A stretch of DNA of 64,000 nucleotides from Desulfatiglandales bacterium (GTDB lineage Bacteria; Desulfobacterota; DSM-4660; Desulfatiglandales; Desulfatiglandaceae), in NCBI GenBank assembly GCA_963662465.1, contig OY759599.1:928001-992000 (forward strand). The letters run 5' to 3'. The position numbers and the translations under genes were made by a program. Under the pieces are notes generated by a model. It ran no database searches and was not told the origin of the DNA. It worked only from the letters and a program-made list of their open reading frames with translations. How positions within the stretch are numbered: the stretch's first letter is position 1; each line of letters starts with the position of its first letter. Positions 27,194 to 37,923 of this stretch are shown here, piece by piece.

Positions 27194-29329
27194 ATGGGTA
27201 TTTCAATCAGCGTCGATATCGGCGGAACATTTACGGATTTTTACGCCCACAGCGAGGATGGTCAAACGGAAATCACCAAAACCCCCAGCACTCACTATGA
27301 TCTCTCTGTCGGGTTCATGAAGGGGATGAAGACATTGGCCCGATCCTTCGGGAAGGGGTTAACTGATTTCCTGGGAGAGAGCGACGTGGTGCGCTATTGC
27401 ACCACCGTGGGGACCAATGCCCTCATAGAGAGGACGGGTCCGAAGCTGGGGTTTATTACCACCGCCGGTTTTGAGGATGCCATTTTCCTGGGGCGCGGCC
27501 GAAGCTGGGCCGACGGCGGTTCGGTTCTTGAAAACAAGGACCTGGCCCGCATTCGAAAACCGGACCCCCTCATTGCGCCGGAGATGGTGGTGGGGGTTCG
27601 AGAACGGATCGATTCCTTCGGCAACATCATCAGTCCGCTAACGCGGGAGGACGTGCGTGAAAAACTTCAGCGCCTGGTAGACCGGGGCGCCATGGGATTT
27701 GTGGTGGGCCTTTTGTGGTCTTTCAGCAACCCGGCCCATGAGCGGATGATCAAAGAGATCATTGAGGAGGAATATCCGGAGGACTATCTGGGAAGCATGC
27801 CGGTGATCCTGTCCAGCGATGTGTCTCCCAAATCCGCCGAATACACCCGTTTTACCACCACCATTGTCAACGCCTATATTCATGGGGTCATGGCGGAAAA
27901 GCTGAACAAGCTGGGCAATGAACTGAGGGACGGCGGTTACCGGCGCCCCCTGGTGCTGGTACACAATACGGGGGGAATGAAAAAGATGTCCCGGACCCGG
28001 GCTGTGTTGACCCATAACGCGGGGCCCGTGGCGGGACTTCATGGCGCTCTCGCCGTGGGCGCCCATTACGGTCATGAAAAGATCATCTTTACCGATATGG
28101 GGGGCACTTCCTTTGATATCGGGGTCATTACCGGCGGGGAACTGAAAACCTACGATTTTATTCCCCTCATCGATCGCTGGCGTACCAATATCCCGGCCAT
28201 CGAGGTGAAATCCATCGGGGCCGGCGGCGGCTCCATCGCCTGGATCAACCAGCTCATGGGAAATGCCATGGAAGTGGGCCCCCAGTCGGCTGGTTCCATG
28301 CCCGGACCCGCCTGCTACGATCAGGGCGGTCGGGAACCCACGGTGACGGATGCGGACCTGCTGCTGGGGTATCTCAATCCGGAAAATTATCTGGGCGGCA
28401 ATATGTTGCTGGATCCTGATCTGAGTCGGGAAGTCATCAAAGAGAAAATCGCCGATCCCCTGGGCATCGATCCAGTGGAGGCGGCCTTTCGCATCCGGCA
28501 GGTGGTGGACGCCCGCATGGGGCAGGAGGTGTTTAACGAGGTGGCGCTCAAGGGGCATGACCCCAGGGAATTCGTCCTCATGGCCTGCGGGGGGGCAGGC
28601 GCCACCCATGCCTGCGGTTTTGCGCCCTATCTGAAGGTGGAAAAAGTCATCGTGTCTCCCTATTCTCCTGTTTTCGGGGCCTTCGGCGCGTCTACGGTGA
28701 ACGTCAGCCAGGTGTGGGAAATGTCAAAAACCATGAAGATCTTTCAATGGGCCACCCAATCCTATTCCGAAGATATGGACGCCTTTAACGCCGTGGTGGC
28801 GGATCTGAAAAACAAAGCGGTACGGGACCTTCAATTGGAGGGGTACAGCGAGGACCGGATTTTGTTCCGGCTGGAACTGGATATGCGCTACGGCATGCAG
28901 TACAACCTCATGAAAGTGGTCTCCCCCCGTTTGACCCTTCAAAATTCCGATGATTTCAAGGCCATCTGCGATGAGTTTACCCGGCAATATGCGGAAGTTT
29001 ACTCGCCTGAAGCCACTTTTCCCATGGGCGGCATCAACCTGGAGTGTTTTCATTTAACCGCCATGGTGACGTTGCCGCCCCTTACGCTTCCGGTCTTTGA
29101 AGAAAAGGGCAAAACGCCTGTCCCCGCTGCAATTCTCCCTTCGCGCAAAGCCTATTGGGCGGCGCTGTCCGGGTTTGCGGAAACACCGGTTTTTGCTTTT
29201 AACGAACTGCTGGTGGGAAATGTTATTGAGGGGCCTGCCCTGGTGGAAGCGAATGATACCACCTACGTGATCGAACCGGGGTGGCGATTTGAACTGGATC
29301 GTTTTTGCAATGCAATTTTGAGCCGTTAG
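27194..29329 (+). CDS. Hydantoinase A/oxoprolinase-family subunit (Apc3-like)
   Basis: VDIGGTFTD, TTVGTNALIER, DMGGTSFD and SAGSMPGPACY; AAGGAG precedes ATG 27194. Confidence 0.9.
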   Translation: MGISISVDIGGTFTDFYAHSEDGQTEITKTPSTHYDLSVGFMKGMKTLARSFGKGLTDFLGESDVVRYCTTVGTNALIERTGPKLGFITTAGFEDAIFLGRGRSWADGGSVLENKDLARIRKPDPLIAPEMVVGVRERIDSFGNIISPLTREDVREKLQRLVDRGAMGFVVGLLWSFSNPAHERMIKEIIEEEYPEDYLGSMPVILSSDVSPKSAEYTRFTTTIVNAYIHGVMAEKLNKLGNELRDGGYRRPLVLVHNTGGMKKMSRTRAVLTHNAGPVAGLHGALAVGAHYGHEKIIFTDMGGTSFDIGVITGGELKTYDFIPLIDRWRTNIPAIEVKSIGAGGGSIAWINQLMGNAMEVGPQSAGSMPGPACYDQGGREPTVTDADLLLGYLNPENYLGGNMLLDPDLSREVIKEKIADPLGIDPVEAAFRIRQVVDARMGQEVFNEVALKGHDPREFVLMACGGAGATHACGFAPYLKVEKVIVSPYSPVFGAFGASTVNVSQVWEMSKTMKIFQWATQSYSEDMDAFNAVVADLKNKAVRDLQLEGYSEDRILFRLELDMRYGMQYNLMKVVSPRLTLQNSDDFKAICDEFTRQYAEVYSPEATFPMGGINLECFHLTAMVTLPPLTLPVFEEKGKTPVPAAILPSRKAYWAALSGFAETPVFAFNELLVGNVIEGPALVEANDTTYVIEPGWRFELDRFCNAILSR

Positions 29330-29367
29330 CTAATACCTAACAGCTAATGGCTAACAGCTAACAGCTT
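29328..29367 (+). repeat. Heptamer tandem repeat (RGCTAAY)n
   Basis: agctaat acctaac agctaat ggctaac agctaac agct. Confidence 0.8.
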
Positions 29368-29414
29368 CTTTCCGCTTAAACAATTCGGGGCTGCAAACCC
29401 CGGGGAGGTGACGT

Positions 29415-31487
29415 ATGCAAGACATGGCTTATGGCAGGGATATGGAAGTCGTCAAACGGTTGAATCCCGAGCCTATGACGATGGATGAAACGTCGGCGCA
29501 GGAACAGATCAATGATGTGGATTTTGAAATTTTCACCCACAAGGTGGATATGATCGCCCAGGAAGGAAAAGAAACCACCATGAAGCTGGGCGCGAGTTCG
29601 GGAATGCGCTGGGGCGATGTGGCATTTGGGGTATATACGGGGCTGGGGGATCTGGCCGTTGTGGCCACCGGCATCTGGTTTCATGCGGTTTTAGGCCAGA
29701 TTCCGGTGAAATATATCGTGAAACACTGGGTTGATGAGTCCTCCGTGGGCGTGAAGGAAGGGGATTCCTTTTTCTGGAATGATCCCTTTTACGGGGGGGT
29801 CCATGGGGCCGACATGGGGCTCTGCGTGCCGGTTTTTTATGACGGAGAGCTGGTTTGTTTTACCGGGGCCGTGGTTCATACCGGGGAATCCGGGGCTACG
29901 GATCCGGGCGGCATGAGCCTGCGGGCCCGGAGCAAGTATGATGAAGGGCTTCTGATTCCGCCCCTGAAGGTGGGGGAAAATTATGCCCTCAAAGAGGATG
30001 TCCTCAATATGTTCAGCGCCATGACAAGGGACCCAAGGACCATGATTCTGGACATCAAGGCGCGTCTGGCGGCCTGCCGTATTGCTCAGCGCCGCATTGT
30101 GGATCTCATTGACGAAAAGGGCATCGCCTTTTTCAGAGGGGCCTTGCGCCGCATTCTGACGGTGACCGGAGCGGCGGCTCGCAAAAAGGTATCTCTTTTA
30201 AACGACGGCATTTTCCGTCAGCCCCGGTTCATGGATACGGTGGGCATGGAGCCTGGGCTCACCAAGATCGATATTACCATGGAGAAAAAGGGGGACAAAA
30301 TCAAGTTTTCCTTTGACGACACCACGCCCATGCTGCCGGACCTGGCGCTCAATACGTTTTTTCAGGGGATCATCGGGCTATCCATGGTCTATTTCTGCGG
30401 CTGGTTCCTCCATGATCTTCCTGCCAACAACGGGCTGCTGGAAGCCATTGAATGGGATTTTCCCGACAATATCTTTATCAATGCCAAAGGGGATGTGCCC
30501 ACCAACATGGCGCCTTTTACCCAGACCTGTTTTTCCCACGGCGTGTTCCTGGCGGGCGCCCGCATGACCTATCATCTGGAGCCCACCCGGGCTGTGGCAG
30601 CCTGGTTTCAGGGATTTGGCGTGCCGGTATACGGGGGGATGAACCAGTGGAACGAGCCTATTGCCGACATTACCCCAGAGATCAATGCCACGGGCGCCGG
30701 CGCTAGACCGGACATGGACGGGGTAAACGGGTCAGGGGCCTATTTTGCCACCATGAGCGACTGTTCCGATGTGGAAACCACCGAGTCGGACCGGCCCTTT
30801 CTGTATCTTTTCAGAAATTACGCCATCAACTCCTATGGACACGGTAAATTCAGGGGGGGCGCAGGCGTTGGCTTCGGCATGATGATGCACCATGTGCCGT
30901 GGGTGGCGATGGGCGCCTTTGGATACGGCGCCAAATTTCCGTCTACCCTGGGCATATTCGGGGGCTATGCGACCCCGCCCGCCTTTATTTCCACGGTGGG
31001 ACAGAGCAATGCCAAGACGTTGCTGGCTGAAAGCAATACACATCTGCCCACGCGCCTGGAACAGGTCTATGAGGAAGGAAACCCCGAACAGGGCATGGCG
31101 CAACAGCACAATGTGACCATGAGCATTCAACCGCTCATGAACGGCGACACCTTCTACGTTCCCGTGGGAGGCGGCGCGGGCTATGGCGATGTGCTGGAAC
31201 GGGCGCCCGATGCCATCCTGAAAGATCTGAAAGAGGGGATGGTGTCCCACTGGGCCGCTCAAAATGTTTACAGCATCGTCTATGACGAGGATACCCTTCG
31301 CCTGGATGAGGAAAAGACCGCTGCTTTACGGGACAAGGTGCGTAAGGATCGGATTGCAAAGGGAAAACCCTTTGATGAATTTGAAGTTCAGTGGCAACAG
31401 CAACGTCCATCGGATCAGGCCATTAAGCATTACGGGAATTATCCCCATCCCAGTGAAGGATCGCCTCAGGGTCCTCCGGGAATGTAA
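29415..31487 (+). CDS. Hydantoinase B/oxoprolinase-family subunit (Apc4-like)
   Basis: NDPFYGGVHGAD, VHTGESG, EGLLIPP, GHGKFRGGAG and GGGAGYGDVLER. Confidence 0.9.
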   Translation: MQDMAYGRDMEVVKRLNPEPMTMDETSAQEQINDVDFEIFTHKVDMIAQEGKETTMKLGASSGMRWGDVAFGVYTGLGDLAVVATGIWFHAVLGQIPVKYIVKHWVDESSVGVKEGDSFFWNDPFYGGVHGADMGLCVPVFYDGELVCFTGAVVHTGESGATDPGGMSLRARSKYDEGLLIPPLKVGENYALKEDVLNMFSAMTRDPRTMILDIKARLAACRIAQRRIVDLIDEKGIAFFRGALRRILTVTGAAARKKVSLLNDGIFRQPRFMDTVGMEPGLTKIDITMEKKGDKIKFSFDDTTPMLPDLALNTFFQGIIGLSMVYFCGWFLHDLPANNGLLEAIEWDFPDNIFINAKGDVPTNMAPFTQTCFSHGVFLAGARMTYHLEPTRAVAAWFQGFGVPVYGGMNQWNEPIADITPEINATGAGARPDMDGVNGSGAYFATMSDCSDVETTESDRPFLYLFRNYAINSYGHGKFRGGAGVGFGMMMHHVPWVAMGAFGYGAKFPSTLGIFGGYATPPAFISTVGQSNAKTLLAESNTHLPTRLEQVYEEGNPEQGMAQQHNVTMSIQPLMNGDTFYVPVGGGAGYGDVLERAPDAILKDLKEGMVSHWAAQNVYSIVYDEDTLRLDEEKTAALRDKVRKDRIAKGKPFDEFEVQWQQQRPSDQAIKHYGNYPHPSEGSPQGPPGM

Positions 31488-31531
31488 TGAATTGCGGATT
31501 GCGGAAAGAAATGAGGAACAGGAGTTAAAAA

Positions 31532-33130
31532 ATGTCGTCAGTTGAGGAAGTGCGAAAAAGGACCATTCACGGGGTTCTCAAACAGAAAGTCGCGGAATGT
31601 GGATCTCGTGAGTTTTTCTATTATAAAGATCAGGCTTTTACCTACGAGGACCTGGACCGGGCCTCGGACCGGGTGGCGGCGGGACTTCAAGCCCTGGGTA
31701 TCGGTAAAGGGGACAAGGTAGCCATTATTATGGGAAACCGACCGGAGTTCCTGTTTCTGTGGTTCGGTTTGAGTAAGCTGGGGGCCGTTGAAGTGCCGGT
31801 GAACACGGCCCATCGGGGGGAGCTGTTGACCTACATGATGGACAAATCCGACTCCCGATTGCTGGTGATGGAGGCTGGATTCATGGATCGGGTGGCGCCG
31901 GTATTGAAAGATTTGCCAAAGCTGGAGCAGGTGATTGTTCTGGCGGCGCCTGAAGAGACGGTTCCGGAAGTAGGGAAGCCGGTGCTGGATTATGGCCGGG
32001 TGATGGATAACGATGGGGTTTTTGAAGCGCCTTCAGTGACTTGGGCCGACCCCTTTGTGATCATGTTTACCAGCGGCACCACCGGGCCCAGCAAGGGGTC
32101 TTTGATGCCCCAGAATTACGCGCTTTTCATGGGAAAGGTCTGCATGGAGACGGCCGAGTATACGGAAAAAGACTGTCTTTACAATACCCTTCCTTTGTTC
32201 CATGGCAATGCCCAGCTTTTGTCCACCATGCCGGCGCTCATGAGCGGCGCGCGCATGGTGCTGGTAGAACGGTTTTCCGCCAGCCGGTTCTGGCCGGAAG
32301 TGAAAAAATACGGATGTACCGAGTTTAATTACATTGGCGGGATTTTACCCATCCTGCTCAAGGCGGAACCGAAACCGGACGATGCGGACAATCCCTTGCG
32401 GATCATGTTTGGCGGCGGATGTCCGCCGCACCTGTTTGAAGAAGTGGAGACCCGATTCGGCGTGACCCTCCTGGAAGGGTACGGCATGAGCGAGATCGGA
32501 ATCCCCCTTTTAAATACCCTTAAATCCAGAAAATTCGGCACCTGCGGCAAGGCGGCCTATGGGTGCGAGGTGAAGTTGGTGGATGATTACGGCATGGCGG
32601 TGGGACCGGGCGTCCCCGGCGAACTGCTCATGCGGACCCGGGAGCCCTTTACCATGTTGCTGGAGTATTACAAGATGCCGGAGAAGACGGTGGAGGCCTG
32701 GCGGGATCTGTGGTTCAACACCGGGGATTATCTGGTGATGGATGAAGAGGGGTATTTCCAGTTTGTAGACCGGAAAAAGGACGCCCTTCGCCGCCGGGGA
32801 GAAAATATCAGCTCCCAGGAGGTGGAAAAGGCCATCAGCAGCCATCCCGCCGTGCTGGAATCAGCAGCCATCGGCGTGAAATCCGACATGAGCGAAGACG
32901 AGGTCATGATCTGCGTCACCCTGAAGCCGGGTGAAACGCTTTCACCCGAAGCCTTGCTGGACTTTGCCCAGGAGCGGATGGCCTATTTCATGGTCCCCCG
33001 ATATGTCAGGTTTATGGACCAAATGCCAAAAACGCCCACCGAAAAGGTCCAGAAGGCGGTACTTCGTGAAACGGGCGTTAGCCGGGATACGTGGGATCGC
33101 GAGGCGGCCGGGTATCAGGTGAAGCGGTAG
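31532..33130 (+). CDS. AMP-forming acyl-CoA ligase (CaiC-like)
   Basis: FTSGTTGPSKG, EGYGMSE, WFNTGD, DRKKDALRRRGENISS and PKTPTEKVQK. Confidence 0.92.
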   Translation: MSSVEEVRKRTIHGVLKQKVAECGSREFFYYKDQAFTYEDLDRASDRVAAGLQALGIGKGDKVAIIMGNRPEFLFLWFGLSKLGAVEVPVNTAHRGELLTYMMDKSDSRLLVMEAGFMDRVAPVLKDLPKLEQVIVLAAPEETVPEVGKPVLDYGRVMDNDGVFEAPSVTWADPFVIMFTSGTTGPSKGSLMPQNYALFMGKVCMETAEYTEKDCLYNTLPLFHGNAQLLSTMPALMSGARMVLVERFSASRFWPEVKKYGCTEFNYIGGILPILLKAEPKPDDADNPLRIMFGGGCPPHLFEEVETRFGVTLLEGYGMSEIGIPLLNTLKSRKFGTCGKAAYGCEVKLVDDYGMAVGPGVPGELLMRTREPFTMLLEYYKMPEKTVEAWRDLWFNTGDYLVMDEEGYFQFVDRKKDALRRRGENISSQEVEKAISSHPAVLESAAIGVKSDMSEDEVMICVTLKPGETLSPEALLDFAQERMAYFMVPRYVRFMDQMPKTPTEKVQKAVLRETGVSRDTWDREAAGYQVKR

Positions 33131-33156
33131 GTTCTTTTAATCGGGAGGAGACTGAA

Positions 33157-34197
33157 ATGAAGGCTGTATTGTTAAAAGAGAATCAACAGATAGCAGTAGA
33201 AGAGGCGCCGGAACCTGAACTTCTTAAGAATACGGATGTGATCATTAAAATTATCAAAAGCGCCATCTGCGGATCGGACATCCATATCAAGGAGGGAATG
33301 ATTCCGGTCAATCCCGGCGCCATCATGGGGCATGAATTCATGGGTGTGGTGGAATCCGTGGGTTCCGATGTGGCGCGATTTAAACCCGGCGATCGCGTTT
33401 CAGCGCCGCCCGCGGTGTGGTGCGGGGCATGTCCGGCCTGTAAACGGGGGCAAGCTCAGTATTGCGAGACCCTCAACATATGGGGCGGCGGAGAGTTGCT
33501 GGGGCCTGATTTGACGGGCGCCCAATGCGGTTATGTGCGCATGCCCAATGCGGATCTGTGTTTGACCCCGGTGCCGGACAATGTCTCCGATGAAGACGCT
33601 GTTTTTGTGGGAGATGTTTTTTCCACCGGATACCACGCGGTTCTTTCGGGGAATATTCAAACGGGGGATACCGTGGCAATCTTTGGCTGCGGTCCCATCG
33701 GTCTGGGGGCCGTGGCCTCGGCATGGCAGTTTGGTCCGGCCCAGGTTCTGGCCGTGGATATGATGGAAAACCGGTTGGCTCTGGCTGAAAAATTCGGCGC
33801 CATCCCCATCAACGCCGGAGAGGTGGATGCGGCGGAAAGGATTCGGGAGATGACGGCAGGGCAGGGGGCCGACGTGGTAGTGGAAGCCATCGGAAACCCG
33901 GCCGCTTTTGCTTCCGTTTTGAAATCCGTTCGCAGGGGCGGCGCTGTTTCCATTGTGGGTCTTTTCCCGACGCCCGTGGAATTTCCCATTCACGAGATGA
34001 GCATGTACGGGGTTCGCCTCAACATGGGACTGGCAGGCATTACCTATAGTCCCCGGCTGATGCCCCTTTTGGAATCGGGTCGGGTCAGTATGAAAGAACT
34101 GATTACCCATACCTTCCCGCTGGAGGAAGCCGTCAAAGCCTATGAGATTTTTGAAAACAGCAAAGATCAATGTATGAAGGTCATCCTGGAACCCTGA
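33157..34197 (+). CDS. Zn-dependent (MDR) alcohol dehydrogenase
   Basis: ICGSDIH, GHEFMG, CGACPAC..C and GCGPIG; GGAGG precedes ATG 33157. Confidence 0.92.
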   Translation: MKAVLLKENQQIAVEEAPEPELLKNTDVIIKIIKSAICGSDIHIKEGMIPVNPGAIMGHEFMGVVESVGSDVARFKPGDRVSAPPAVWCGACPACKRGQAQYCETLNIWGGGELLGPDLTGAQCGYVRMPNADLCLTPVPDNVSDEDAVFVGDVFSTGYHAVLSGNIQTGDTVAIFGCGPIGLGAVASAWQFGPAQVLAVDMMENRLALAEKFGAIPINAGEVDAAERIREMTAGQGADVVVEAIGNPAAFASVLKSVRRGGAVSIVGLFPTPVEFPIHEMSMYGVRLNMGLAGITYSPRLMPLLESGRVSMKELITHTFPLEEAVKAYEIFENSKDQCMKVILEP

Positions 34198-34249
34198 TGC
34201 AAAACGGTTTCGGTGGTGAACTTTGAACAGATGCTGACCGTTAAAAGGA

Positions 34250-34702
34250 ATGACTATGACTAACAACAAGACAGAGCCGATGCCTCCCATGCTGCCGGGT
34301 ATTTTCACCCTTCCTCCTTATGAGGAAAAGCCACCCATGCTGCTGGGGGGGTATTGCGTTCACTGCGACGCAACCTTTTTCCCAAAACCCAGGTATTGCC
34401 CCAGGTGTCTCGCGACCCCTGAACTCAGGGAAATTGGAAACGCGGGCCGTATTCACAGCTTTACACTGGTGAGGACCAAGCCGCCCATGGGACTGCCCCA
34501 ACCCTACGGCGTTGGATACGTGGATTTGGATGAGGCTGGGGCGGGACTTCGTGTTTTTTGCCTGTTTGATCCGGATTTTGTGGATCAACTGGAAATTGGC
34601 GCGACTGTAACGTTGCAGGTGGGGCCTATGGGTCATGACGGTCGGGGAGCGCCGTGCCTCAGACCTTTTTTTAAACCGGTTCATGTGAAACAGGAAGGGT
34701 GA
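34250..34702 (+). CDS. Zn-ribbon/OB-fold (DUF35) thiolase partner
   Basis: CVHC..FPKPRYCPRC, GRIHSFT and PYGVGYVDL; coupled to the thiolase gene. Confidence 0.88.
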   Translation: MTMTNNKTEPMPPMLPGIFTLPPYEEKPPMLLGGYCVHCDATFFPKPRYCPRCLATPELREIGNAGRIHSFTLVRTKPPMGLPQPYGVGYVDLDEAGAGLRVFCLFDPDFVDQLEIGATVTLQVGPMGHDGRGAPCLRPFFKPVHVKQEG

Positions 34703-35850
34703 AAATGGCGTTAGCAACAGTCATCGGTGTGGGGATGATCCCCTTTGGCAAACATGAAGACAAAACGTTGGTGGGCATGGCATCCGAAGCGTGCTATCTG
34801 GCTTTGAAAGACGCCGATGTCAACCCTTCCGGGGTGGATACGGCTTTTTTTTCAAGCGGACTGGCATCGAAACTTTTCGGCGATTTCACCGTGGGTCAAA
34901 ATGTGTTCTGGGAAGTGGGGATCAATCGGATTCCCGTCATCAACGTCGAAAACGCCTGTACCTCCGGGTCAACGGCCTTTTTTCTGGCCTGCAATATGGT
35001 GGCCGCGAATCAGGCGGAGATGGTTTTGGTATGCGGTGCGGAGAAGATGTGCGTTCCGGGATTCGGGCTCATCAGTTCCGGAGAGAGCCAATTGGATACC
35101 CAACTGGGTATGGTGGCGCCCGCCGGCTTTGCCCTTCGCGCCGTGCGGCATATGGCGGAATACGGCACAACGGTGGAACAGTTGGCTCGTGTGGCGGTCA
35201 AGAACCGGGCGCACGGAGGATTAAACCCTATCGCCCAGTTTCGGAAACCCATCACGGTGGAAGAGGTGTTGGCCTCTCCCATGATCGTGGACCCTTTGAC
35301 GCGCTTTCAGTGTTGCCCCATTGCGGACGGGGCTGCGGCGGTTTTGATTGCGTCGCCCGCCGCGGCGGCACGACTGGCGCGAAAGGTCAATGTGGAGTGC
35401 GCGGTGCTGGTCACGGGAAATTATGAAAATCCCCAGAACCTGGCCAATTGGGAGACTGATCGACGGGCTGCCGCACAAGCTTATGAGAAAGCGGGAATGG
35501 GTCCCGAGGATATCGATCTGGTGGAGTGCCACGATGCTTTTACCATCTCGGAGATTCTGCACTATGAAGCGCTGGGCCTCTGTCCCCCGGGAGAAGGGGG
35601 TCGACTGGTGGATGAAGGGGCCGTGGCTTTGGGAGGAAGGGTGCCGGTAAATCCTTCCGGCGGTCTTTTGAGCCGGGGCCATCCGGTGGGCGCCACCGGC
35701 GTGGCCCAGATTGTTGAAGTGGTTACCCAGCTTCGTGGGGAGGCGGGCCACCGGCAGGTGGAAGGGGCCGGAGCGGGACTGGCCCATTGCATGGGTGGGG
35801 ACAAGGATGGGGACAGCAAGTCATGCACCGTCTCCATCTTCTCCGTGTAA
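34699..35850 (+). CDS. SCP2-type thiolase
   Basis: VENACTSG, DGAAA, ECHDAF and NPSGGLLSRGHPVGATG. Confidence 0.92.
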   Translation: MKMALATVIGVGMIPFGKHEDKTLVGMASEACYLALKDADVNPSGVDTAFFSSGLASKLFGDFTVGQNVFWEVGINRIPVINVENACTSGSTAFFLACNMVAANQAEMVLVCGAEKMCVPGFGLISSGESQLDTQLGMVAPAGFALRAVRHMAEYGTTVEQLARVAVKNRAHGGLNPIAQFRKPITVEEVLASPMIVDPLTRFQCCPIADGAAAVLIASPAAAARLARKVNVECAVLVTGNYENPQNLANWETDRRAAAQAYEKAGMGPEDIDLVECHDAFTISEILHYEALGLCPPGEGGRLVDEGAVALGGRVPVNPSGGLLSRGHPVGATGVAQIVEVVTQLRGEAGHRQVEGAGAGLAHCMGGDKDGDSKSCTVSIFSV

Positions 35851-35978
35851 TGCGAAAATGGGTAAACCCTCATGAGAAGGGGATTTGCCACCCCCGCGGA
35901 TGAAAATAATATCTACCGCTTTTAAGTAACGGCTAATAGCTAACGGCTAATAGCTAACAGCTGTATTTTCATGGTAAA
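35779..35978 (+). repeat. Direct repeat copy 1 (thiolase 3' end plus intergenic DNA with RGCTAAY heptamers)
   Basis: Aligns by eye with 45545-45731. Confidence 0.9.
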
Positions 35979-35984
35979 GAGGTC

Positions 35985-36437
35985 ATGACAAAGGTACATC
36001 ATGTAACGCTGTTTGTGGCGGATATGGATCGGGCGCGGTTTCTGTTTCAAGACATTCTGGGGTTTGAACCGGCCTGGCATGCGCCCATGGTCAAGGGCAA
36101 TAGAATGGCCACGCTTCTGGGAATCCCGGATGTAAAAATGGAGATTGCATATCTGCGTAACGGGGATGGCGGTGTGGCTGTGGAACTGTGCCGCATGATC
36201 TATCCGGTCGCGAAAAAACAATCCATACCCATTGGCAGTCCGGGGACCACGTCCCTGAGCTTTCAGGTGGAAAACCTGGACCAATTGCATCAGCGTTTGA
36301 GCAGGGAAGGGTGGACGCCCTTTTCACAGTGCCTGGATATGCGCGATCCCGAAGGGCATCCCGTAAGGTTGTTCTGTTTTGCAATGGATGAAGGGATGCT
36401 GGTGGAATTGATCGAGAAGCCATCCCGGAAATCTTGA
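35985..36437 (+). CDS. VOC/glyoxalase-family protein
   Basis: VHHVTLFVADMDRA..F..ILGF, VELC and LVELIE. Confidence 0.88.
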   Translation: MTKVHHVTLFVADMDRARFLFQDILGFEPAWHAPMVKGNRMATLLGIPDVKMEIAYLRNGDGGVAVELCRMIYPVAKKQSIPIGSPGTTSLSFQVENLDQLHQRLSREGWTPFSQCLDMRDPEGHPVRLFCFAMDEGMLVELIEKPSRKS

Positions 36438-36580
36438 GGCGCTGTATTGTCGCTGTGACAGTTTTGCTTTTAATTTATCCAATAAAATAAAGTTATTATG
36501 CTTTAATCGAGATGTGGGATGGTATAAGTGACGCGATACGGTCAGTAGGCTTCATAAGCCCTTCTTTGAAGGAGAAAGAA

Positions 36581-37852
36581 ATGAAAAAGTTGAAGATCGT
36601 TTTTAAAACAATCGGATTGTTTTGCTTACTCTGCCTGTTATTTTTGCCTACGGAGGTTTTGGCAAGCGGTTTTGCGTTTTCAGATCAGGACGCCAAAGCC
36701 AACGCCATGGGAGGCGCTTTCACCGCTCAGGCTGATAATCCTTCCGCCGTTTACTATAACCCCGCGGGTATCGTACAACTGGAGGGCCTCCAGGTTTCAG
36801 CCAGTGTCGACTATGCTATTTGCAACGCGGCCTTTGACAGCAACGGTACTTCTGCTGCCGGCAACAAAGGTAAAACCGACGGTATAGAAGGCACATATCT
36901 TATCCCAAGTTTATTCACGACTTACAAACTGGATGATCAATTCAGCGTTGGGCTGGGGATATTCAGCGATTTCGGGCTGGGTTCGGAGTGGCCGGATGAC
37001 TGGGAAGGTCGTTATATTCCCGGCGCTACAGAAGCAAGGGTGTCCGTTATGTCGATCAATCCGACAGTTGCTTACAAACCTCATAAAAAAATCAGTATGG
37101 CCCTGGGTCTGGTAAGTCAATATCTGGATTTTAAAATGGAAAACAAAATTCCCAATCCATCTTCCCCTTTTAATCCCGACACGGATTTGCATTCTAAACT
37201 GACCGGCAATGACTGGGCATGGGGGTTTAACGTCGGATTCCTCTATCAGATCATCGACAGCCTAAAATTCGGTGTTTCATATCGAAGCAAAATTAAACAC
37301 AAGCCCGGTATAAAACAGGAAATCACGGGAATGCCGACGGACACGGGTAAAACCGATTTTGATCTTCCGGATGTTTTGTCTCTGGGTCTGGCCTGGTCAG
37401 GGGAAAAATGGACCTTTGAATTCGATACCCAATGGACAGGCTGGTCCACTTTTAACGAGATGGCGATTGATTATGACACATTCCCGGATCAAACCCTCAA
37501 ACAAGAATGGGGTGATACATGGACCTATCGTTTGGGTACACAATACAAAATAAACAAATTCTTCGATGTCAGAGCTGGGATTGCATTCGAACAAACACCT
37601 GTTCCGGTCAGTACTCTCAGTCCCACCATTCCCTGTACCGATCGTTGGATATACTCAATAGGCGGTGGTTATAATCGCGACAGTTGGTGCATCGACCTTG
37701 CATACAGTTATAAGACTGATGCAGGCGCGACATTCAATAACGCTTTGGGTGATTACAGCGGCATCTACGGCGCACCGGTGGGGCAGGTAACTGGTGAACT
37801 GGAGGACATTAGTATACACATGATGACCGTGAGTTTCACTTACAGATTCTGA
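36581..37852 (+). CDS. FadL/OmpP1-family outer-membrane channel for hydrophobic compounds
   Basis: Signal peptide, ASGF..MGGAFTAQADNPSAVYYNPAG hatch motif and C-terminal YRF. Confidence 0.9.
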   Translation: MKKLKIVFKTIGLFCLLCLLFLPTEVLASGFAFSDQDAKANAMGGAFTAQADNPSAVYYNPAGIVQLEGLQVSASVDYAICNAAFDSNGTSAAGNKGKTDGIEGTYLIPSLFTTYKLDDQFSVGLGIFSDFGLGSEWPDDWEGRYIPGATEARVSVMSINPTVAYKPHKKISMALGLVSQYLDFKMENKIPNPSSPFNPDTDLHSKLTGNDWAWGFNVGFLYQIIDSLKFGVSYRSKIKHKPGIKQEITGMPTDTGKTDFDLPDVLSLGLAWSGEKWTFEFDTQWTGWSTFNEMAIDYDTFPDQTLKQEWGDTWTYRLGTQYKINKFFDVRAGIAFEQTPVPVSTLSPTIPCTDRWIYSIGGGYNRDSWCIDLAYSYKTDAGATFNNALGDYSGIYGAPVGQVTGELEDISIHMMTVSFTYRF

Positions 37853-37923
37853 TGGTTGCACCATAGAGATGTTCTTGTGCCGAATTCCGGCTTTTCGTTC
37901 ACATCAATTGAAAGGAGAACAAA

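Noticed and set aside
27638..34308. Long antisense ORFs (27638-28609 and 33400-34308)
   Set aside because: They are antisense shadows of conserved genes, with no recognisable motifs.
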